The notes beneath the pieces were generated by a model that was not told the DNA's origin, ran no database searches, and saw only the letters and a list, made by a program, of their open reading frames with translations. This document shows positions 57,328 to 64,000 of a stretch of DNA of 64,000 bases, piece after piece; positions within the stretch are counted from its first letter, which is position 1; each line of letters starts with the position of its first letter. Origin of the DNA: Ideonella sp. (lineage in GTDB: Bacteria > Pseudomonadota > Gammaproteobacteria > Burkholderiales > Burkholderiaceae_C); contig NZ_DATFAN010000137.1 of the NCBI RefSeq assembly GCF_035254525.1, forward strand, positions 23,417-87,416, in the 5' to 3' direction. The translations under genes and the position numbers were made by a program.

Positions 57328-57823
57328 TCTCAGTGACCTTCTCGATCGTCACAGCTTCCAGCGGGACATCGTCGTGGAAGCCCTTGTTGCCGGTGCGCAC
57401 CTTCTCGATCGTGTCGACCACGTCCTGGCCGGCAACGACCTTGCCGAAGACCGCGTAGCCCCAGCCGCTGGGCGATTCGGCGGTGAAGTTCAGGAAGCCG
57501 TTGTCCTTGGTGTTGATGAAGAACTGCGCGGTCGCCGAATGCGGCGCGTTCGTGCGCGCCATGGCGACGGTGTACTTGTCGTTCTTCAGGCCGTTGTTCG
57601 CCTCGTTCTGGATCGGTGCGTCGGTCGGCTTTTGCTTCATGTCGGCCGTCATGCCGCCGCCCTGGATCATGAAGCCCTTGATCACCCGGTGGAACACGGT
57701 GCCGTCGTAGTGGCCCTTGTTCGCGTAGGCCAGGAAGTTGGCCACGCTCTGCGGCGCCTTGGCCTCGTCGAGCTCGAGGCGGATCACGCCGGCGCTGGTG
57801 GTCAGTTCAACGGTCTTGGTCAT
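57320..57823 (-). CDS. ppiB: Cyclophilin-type peptidyl-prolyl isomerase (cytoplasmic)
   Basis: [20 protein letters not shown] and QFFIN motifs; no signal peptide. Confidence 0.92.
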   Translation of the reverse strand: MTKTVELTTSAGVIRLELDEAKAPQSVANFLAYANKGHYDGTVFHRVIKGFMIQGGGMTADMKQKPTDAPIQNEANNGLKNDKYTVAMARTNAPHSATAQFFINTKDNGFLNFTAESPSGWGYAVFGKVVAGQDVVDTIEKVRTGNKGFHDDVPLEAVTIEKVTEIA

Positions 57824-57828
57824 GCTTG

Positions 57829-58404
57829 TTACTCCAACGTCGCTTTCTTGATGAGGACGGGCTGCACCGGCACGTTCTGGTGCGGCCCCTTGTTGCCGGT
57901 GGGGACGGCCTTGATCTTGTCGACGACATCCATGCCGTCGATCACCTTGCCGAACACCGCGTAGCCCTCGCCATCGCGGGCGTTGGGCTGGTCGAGGAAG
58001 CTGTTGTCCTTCAGGTTGATGAAGAACTGCGCGGTGGCCGAATTGGGCACCATCGTGCGCGCCATCGCCACAGTGCCTCGCACGTTGCTCAGGCCATTGC
58101 GGCTTTCGAGCGGAATGGGCGGGCGCGTGGGCTTTTCGCTCATGTCGGGCTTCATGCCGCCACCCTGGACCATGAAATCCGGGATGACGCGGTGGAAGAT
58201 CGTGCCGTCATAGTGGCCGGCCCTGACGTACTGGACGAAGTTGTCGACCGTCTTCGGCGCTTTGTCCTTGTCGAGCTCCAGCACGATGTCGCCCACGCTC
58301 GTGGCCAGTCGCACCTTCTGCGCCAGCGCCGGCGAGGCGGCGAGCGCGCCGATGGCCACGCCCACGCCAAGCTGCGCGGCGTATCGAGCGAATCGGCGGA
58401 CCAT
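57829..58404 (-). CDS. ppiA: Cyclophilin-type peptidyl-prolyl isomerase (periplasmic)
   Basis: Signal peptide ([10 protein letters not shown]) followed by [14 protein letters not shown]. Confidence 0.88.
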   Translation of the reverse strand: MVRRFARYAAQLGVGVAIGALAASPALAQKVRLATSVGDIVLELDKDKAPKTVDNFVQYVRAGHYDGTIFHRVIPDFMVQGGGMKPDMSEKPTRPPIPLESRNGLSNVRGTVAMARTMVPNSATAQFFINLKDNSFLDQPNARDGEGYAVFGKVIDGMDVVDKIKAVPTGNKGPHQNVPVQPVLIKKATLE

Positions 58405-58568
58405 GGTAGTTGCCCCGGTGGCGGTCGCTGTCACGTCAAAAGTCTCCTTGGCTATACTCAGACGATTCTACCGACCCCCCGCACAACGGGCGCACGGCCG
58501 AGCCCCTACCAGCTTGCAGCCACCGCTTCCTCAAGCGACGCCACCGCGCCCGTTGAAGCCTTTCGTTG

Positions 58569-59945
58569 ATGGCCCTGCGCATCTATAACACCCTGACCCG
58601 CCGGGTCGAAGACTTCGTTCCGATCGAACCCGGGCATGTCCGCATGTACGTCTGCGGCATGACCATCTACGACCTGTGCCACATGGGCCATGCGCGCATG
58701 ATGATGGCCTTCGACGTCGTCTATCGCTGGCTGCTGGCCAGCGGCTTGCGCGTCACCTACGTGCGCAACATCACCGACATCGAAGACAAGATCATCAAGC
58801 GCGCGGTGGAGCGCGGCATCAGCATCCGGGCGTTGACCGATGAGATGATCGCGGCGATGCGGGCCGACATCGGCGCCATCGGCGTGTCGGCGCCCACGCA
58901 TGAGCCGCGCGCCACCGACTACGTGCCGCAGATGCTGTCGATGATCGGCACGCTGGAACAAAAGGGCCTCGCCTATCGCGCGAGCAACGGCGACGTGAAC
59001 TACGCGGTGCGCAAGTTCCCGGGCTACGGCAAGCTCAGCGGCAAGTCGATCGACGAATTGCGCGCCGGCGAACGTGTCGCCGTGGCTGAAGGCAAGGAGG
59101 ACCCGCTGGACTTCGTGCTGTGGAAATCGGCCAAGCCCGAAGAGCCGGTCGACGCCAAGTACGACGGCCCCTATGGCCCGGGCCGCCCGGGCTGGCACAT
59201 CGAATGCTCGGCGATGAGCTGCGCGCTGCTGGGTGAGCGCTTCGACATCCACGGCGGCGGCATGGACCTGCAGTTTCCGCACCACGAGAACGAGATCGCG
59301 CAAAGCGAGGGCGCGCTCGGCCACCCGTTCGTCAACGTCTGGGTGCACAACGGCTTCCTGAATGTCGACAACGAGAAGATGTCGAAGTCGCTCGGCAACT
59401 TCTTCACCATCCGCGACGTGCTGAAGCGCTACGACGGTGAGACGCTGCGCTTCTTCATGCTGCGCACGCACTACCGCAGCCCGTTCAATTTCAGCGACGC
59501 TCACCTCGATGATGCGCGCAGCGCGCTGCGCCGGCTCTACACCGCGCTGGAGGCCGCCGGCTCGCCGCAAGCCACCAAGATCGACTGGTCCACCGGCCGC
59601 GCCGCCGAGTTCAAGGCGGCGATGGACGACGACTTCAACACGCCCGGTGCGATGGCCGTGCTGTTCGAGCTGGCCACCGAGGTCAACCGTGGCGGCTCGC
59701 GCGAAGCCGCGGGCCTGTTGCGCGCGCTGGGCGGCACGCTCGGCGTGCTGCAACAGCAGCCCACCGCTTTCCTGCGTGCCGGCTCGGGCCTGGACGAAAC
59801 GTCGATCAACGAGCGCATCGAGGCGCGCAACGCAGCCAAGAAGGCGCGCGACTTCGCGGCAGCCGATCGGATTCGCGACGAGCTGCTGTCCGCCGGCGTG
59901 ATGTTGAAAGACACGCCACAAGGCACCACCTGGATCAAATCCTGA
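58569..59945 (+). CDS. cysS: Cysteinyl-tRNA synthetase
   Basis: [14 protein letters not shown] (HIGH), [12 protein letters not shown] and KMSKS motifs. Confidence 0.97.
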   Translation: MALRIYNTLTRRVEDFVPIEPGHVRMYVCGMTIYDLCHMGHARMMMAFDVVYRWLLASGLRVTYVRNITDIEDKIIKRAVERGISIRALTDEMIAAMRADIGAIGVSAPTHEPRATDYVPQMLSMIGTLEQKGLAYRASNGDVNYAVRKFPGYGKLSGKSIDELRAGERVAVAEGKEDPLDFVLWKSAKPEEPVDAKYDGPYGPGRPGWHIECSAMSCALLGERFDIHGGGMDLQFPHHENEIAQSEGALGHPFVNVWVHNGFLNVDNEKMSKSLGNFFTIRDVLKRYDGETLRFFMLRTHYRSPFNFSDAHLDDARSALRRLYTALEAAGSPQATKIDWSTGRAAEFKAAMDDDFNTPGAMAVLFELATEVNRGGSREAAGLLRALGGTLGVLQQQPTAFLRAGSGLDETSINERIEARNAAKKARDFAAADRIRDELLSAGVMLKDTPQGTTWIKS

Positions 59946-59946
59946 G

Positions 59947-60603
59947 ATGGCGGCCAAGGGCAACATGGCCGGCGTGACGCCGGACTACTGGGACGATGCC
60001 TGCAAGCACCTGGCCAAGCGCGACCGGGTGATGAAGAAACTGATCCCCCAGTTCGGCGAGGCGCGGCTGCAAAGCCGTGGCGATGCGTTCACGACACTGG
60101 CACGCTCGATCGTCGGGCAGCAGATCTCGGTGAAGGCCGCGCAGTCGGTGTGGGACAAGTTCGCCGCGGCCGTCGGCGGGCCGCCGACGCGCCTCACGCC
60201 CGACGACGTGCTGGCGCTCGACGCGCCAACGCTGCGCGGCGCCGGCCTGTCAGCGCGCAAGGCCGAGTACCTGACCGACCTGGCGCATCATTTCGCCGAC
60301 GGGACCGTGCACGTCAGGCAATGGCAGCAGATGGACGATGAGGCCATCATTGACGAACTGGTGGCCATTCGCGGCATTGGTCGCTGGACGGCCGAGATGT
60401 TCCTGATCTTTCACCTGATGCGCCCGAACGTCCTGCCGCTGGATGATCTGGGCCTGCTCAAGGGCATCTCCGTGAGCTATTTCAGCGGCGAGCCGGTGTC
60501 GCGTGCCGAGGCGCGCGAGCTGGGCGAAGGCTGGGCACCGTTCCGTTCGGTGGCCACCTGGTACCTGTGGCGCAGCCTCGATCCGCTGCCCGTTGAATAC
60601 TGA
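59947..60603 (+). CDS. HhH-GPD DNA-3-methyladenine glycosylase (AlkA-like)
   Basis: [27 protein letters not shown] and LPLDDLGL motifs. Confidence 0.88.
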   Translation: MAAKGNMAGVTPDYWDDACKHLAKRDRVMKKLIPQFGEARLQSRGDAFTTLARSIVGQQISVKAAQSVWDKFAAAVGGPPTRLTPDDVLALDAPTLRGAGLSARKAEYLTDLAHHFADGTVHVRQWQQMDDEAIIDELVAIRGIGRWTAEMFLIFHLMRPNVLPLDDLGLLKGISVSYFSGEPVSRAEARELGEGWAPFRSVATWYLWRSLDPLPVEY

Positions 60604-60628
60604 TCTGCAACCATCGCGAGGGAACCCG

Positions 60629-61600
<972 letters not shown>

Positions 61601-61628
61601 GCGCCGAGGCGGCCCGCTCGCTTCGCCG

Positions 61629-62957
61629 ATGCGCCGCGCGGGTGCCACACCCATCGTCGCGGTGGCGGCGAGCGGCGGGCGCGATTCGACCGCCTTGCTG
61701 CACGCCACGGTGCACGCAGCCCGTGGAACCGCGCTCCTGGTCATCGCGCTTCACGTCCACCATGGCCTGAACCCTGCGGCGGACAGCTGGCAGCAGCATC
61801 TGCAGCGTCAGTGCGCGCGCTGGGCCCGAGCGGGCTTGCCCGTCGCGCTACTAACGCATCGGTTGAACGGCTCGCCAGCACGCGGCGAGAGTGTCGAGGC
61901 CTGGGCCCGCCGCGAGCGCTACCGGGCGCTGGCCGCGATGGCGCGGGAGGCTGGCGCCGGCGTCGTTATGCTGGCCCATCACCGGCGGGATCAGGCTGAA
62001 ACCTTCCTGCTGCAGGCGCTGCGCGGTGCCGGGCCGGCCGGCTTGGCGGCCATGCCGCGCGAGGTGATCCGCGACGGGCTGCTCTGGTGCCGCCCGTGGC
62101 TGGACCAGCCGGCCGAGGCGATCCGGGCCTACGTGGCCCGCCACCGCCTGAGCCACATCGACGACGACAGCAACCGGGACCGCCGCTTCGACCGCAATCG
62201 CCTGCGGCACGACGTCTGGCCCGCGCTGCTCGCCGCGTTTCCACATGCCGAGGCCACGCTGGCCCTGGCCGCGCACCAGGCACAGTGGGCGATCGAGCTG
62301 ATCGACGACGTCGCCGAGACCGATCTCGCAGCCGTGCGGGCGGCGGCACCTAGCGGGCTGGGGGACCGAGTTATCGACGTAGCGGCCTGGCAAGCGCTGC
62401 CAGCACCACGTCGCGTGGCGGTCTTGCGGCGCTGGCTGGCACCGCTGGTGAGCGATGGCGTCCGCGACAGCCTGATCGACCGGCTTGGCCACGAACTGGC
62501 CGCCAGCCGCACCGCGCGCTGGCCGCTGGACGGCGTGCGCGAGCTGCGCCTCTACCGAGGGCGGCTGACGGTGGGCCCGGTGGCCACCCGGCACGCGCGT
62601 TCGCCGGCGCCGACCCCGATGCGCCTCGATCGACCCGGCGTCATGGACCTGCCTGACTGGGGCGGACGACTGGAACTCGAAGCGGTGGAGCAGGGCGGCG
62701 TCGCTGCCGGCCTGCTCGCCCGGGCGGCGCTGCGCGCGCGGGCGCCGGGCGACACCTTTCAGTTCAGCGCCCGCAGCACCGCGCGCAGCCTGAAGAAGCA
62801 ATACCAGGCGCGGGCCGTGCCGGCCTGGCTGCGCGGAGGCCCGGTGATCGCTTGCGAGGCGCACCCCGTGTTCGTCCCCGGTTTGGGTATCGACGCGCGC
62901 GCACTCGCCGTGCCGGGCGAGCCGCAATTACTGATCCGCTGGCATCCGGCGTCTTGA
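61629..62957 (+). CDS. tilS: tRNA(Ile)-lysidine synthetase
   Basis: PP-loop SGGRDS, HVHHGL, AHHRRDQAET, RPWL and RNRLRH motifs. Confidence 0.93.
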   Translation: MRRAGATPIVAVAASGGRDSTALLHATVHAARGTALLVIALHVHHGLNPAADSWQQHLQRQCARWARAGLPVALLTHRLNGSPARGESVEAWARRERYRALAAMAREAGAGVVMLAHHRRDQAETFLLQALRGAGPAGLAAMPREVIRDGLLWCRPWLDQPAEAIRAYVARHRLSHIDDDSNRDRRFDRNRLRHDVWPALLAAFPHAEATLALAAHQAQWAIELIDDVAETDLAAVRAAAPSGLGDRVIDVAAWQALPAPRRVAVLRRWLAPLVSDGVRDSLIDRLGHELAASRTARWPLDGVRELRLYRGRLTVGPVATRHARSPAPTPMRLDRPGVMDLPDWGGRLELEAVEQGGVAAGLLARAALRARAPGDTFQFSARSTARSLKKQYQARAVPAWLRGGPVIACEAHPVFVPGLGIDARALAVPGEPQLLIRWHPAS

Positions 62958-62980
62958 GCGGTGTCAGCCTCGGTTGGGCG

Positions 62981-63003
62981 TGCTGCACCGCAGCAGCTAA
63001 AAT
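62981..63003 (+). promoter_or_regulatory. Palindrome TGCTGC-ACC-GCAGCA abutting -10 TAAAAT of the lysC promoter
   Basis: Perfect 6-bp inverted repeat (CTGC-N3-GCAG core) 2 bp upstream of the -10 hexamer. Confidence 0.45.
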
Positions 63004-63094
63004 TCGTCGGTTTGCGCTGGCCGTTCCCTAGCCGGCAGCGCCCGTGCAGCCACCGCAAGACCACACTGAAACACACACCGAAGAGCCCGAGCCC

Positions 63095-64000
63095 ATGGCA
63101 CTGATCGTTCACAAGTATGGCGGCACCTCGATGGGGTCCACCGAGCGCATTCGCAACGTCGCGAAGCGGGTGGCCAAATGGGCCCGCGCCGGCCACCAGA
63201 TGGTGGTCGTGCCCTCGGCCATGAGCGGCGAGACGAACCGCCTGCTCGGCCTGGCCAAGGAGGTGGCCCCGGCCAGCCACAGCCCGTCGGTGCTGCGCGA
63301 GATGGACATGATCGCTTGTACCGGCGAGCAGGTTTCGGTCGGCCTGCTGTCGCTCGCGCTGCAGGCCGAAGGCATGGAAGCCGTCAGCTACAACGGCTGG
63401 CAGGTGCCGATCAAGACCGACTCGGCCTACACCAAGGCCCGCATCCAGAGCATCGACGATGCGCGCGTGCGCGCCGACCTCGCCGCCGGCAAGGTCGTGA
63501 TCATCACGGGCTTCCAGGGTGTCGACGAAGACCTCAACATCACGACGCTGGGTCGCGGCGGCTCCGACACCTCGGCGGTGGCCGTGGCCGCCGCAATGAA
63601 GGCCGACGAATGCCTGATCTACACCGATGTCGACGGCGTCTACACGACCGACCCGCGTGTCGTGCCCGAGGCGCGCCGCCTGCACACCATCACCTTCGAG
63701 GAGATGCTGGAGATGGCCAGCCTCGGCTCGAAGGTACTCCAGATCCGCTCGGTGGAATTCGCCGGCAAGTACCGTGTGCCGCTGCGCGTGCTGTCCAGCT
63801 TCACGCCCTGGGACATCGACATCAACGAGGAAGCCAAGTCGGGCACCCTGATCACTTTCGAGGAAGACGAAAAGATGGAACAAGCCGTTGTCTCGGGCAT
63901 CGCCTTCAACCGCGATGAAGCCAAGGTCACCGTGATGGGCGTGCCCGACAAGCCGGGCATCGCCTACCAGATCCTCGGCGAAGTGGCCGACGCGAACATC
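63095..64000 (+). CDS. lysC: Aspartate kinase (5' part, runs off the window; not in ORF track)
   Basis: Hand translation: MALIVHKYGGTSMG...TTLGRGGSDTSAVA...YTDVDGVYTTDPR. Confidence 0.96.
   Translation, partial: MALIVHKYGGTSMGSTERIRNVAKRVAKWARAGHQMVVVPSAMSGETNRLLGLAKEVAPASHSPSVLREMDMIACTGEQVSVGLLSLALQAEGMEAVSYNGWQVPIKTDSAYTKARIQSIDDARVRADLAAGKVVIITGFQGVDEDLNITTLGRGGSDTSAVAVAAAMKADECLIYTDVDGVYTTDPRVVPEARRLHTITFEEMLEMASLGSKVLQIRSVEFAGKYRVPLRVLSSFTPWDIDINEEAKSGTLITFEEDEKMEQAVVSGIAFNRDEAKVTVMGVPDKPGIAYQILGEVADANI

Overview
GC-rich chromosomal segment of a Betaproteobacterium (Burkholderiales-like, judged from gene order and protein style). Most of the window is conserved housekeeping DNA: phaR-rimO-metC, pip, smpB/ratAB, guaB-MFS-guaA-tadA-ldcA, a family-5 peptide ABC transporter, an SDR dehydrogenase, adk-kdsB-ycaR-lpxK-exbDB, xseA, sodB, a TctD/E-like two-component pair, a complete FNR-controlled cbb3 oxidase cluster (ccoISNOQPG, fnr, hemN), icd, cspD/clpSA, a minimal ethanolamine module (eat-eutBC/eutR), lpxH-ppiB-ppiA, cysS, accA, tilS and a partial lysC. 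The standout is a ~6.5 kb lower-GC accessory block at about 18.9-25.4 kb. It holds a large TonB-dependent receptor with five cysteine pairs and a candidate sigma-54 promoter, plus three cytoplasmic tailoring enzymes: a sulfotransferase-fold protein, a YcfD/ROX-like JmjC hydroxylase and a SAM methyltransferase. No substrate or precursor gene is visible, so this is a candidate uncharacterised modification/uptake system. Other notable signals are a three-DnaA-box cluster with DARS-like geometry upstream of xseA, a substrate-binding lipoprotein apparently anchored at both ends, FNR boxes written into coding sequence, a LiuR-type palindrome and PhaR-type palindromes. I found no tRNA, rRNA, CRISPR array, integrase or transposase. 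All calls come from reading motifs by eye; no database searches were run.
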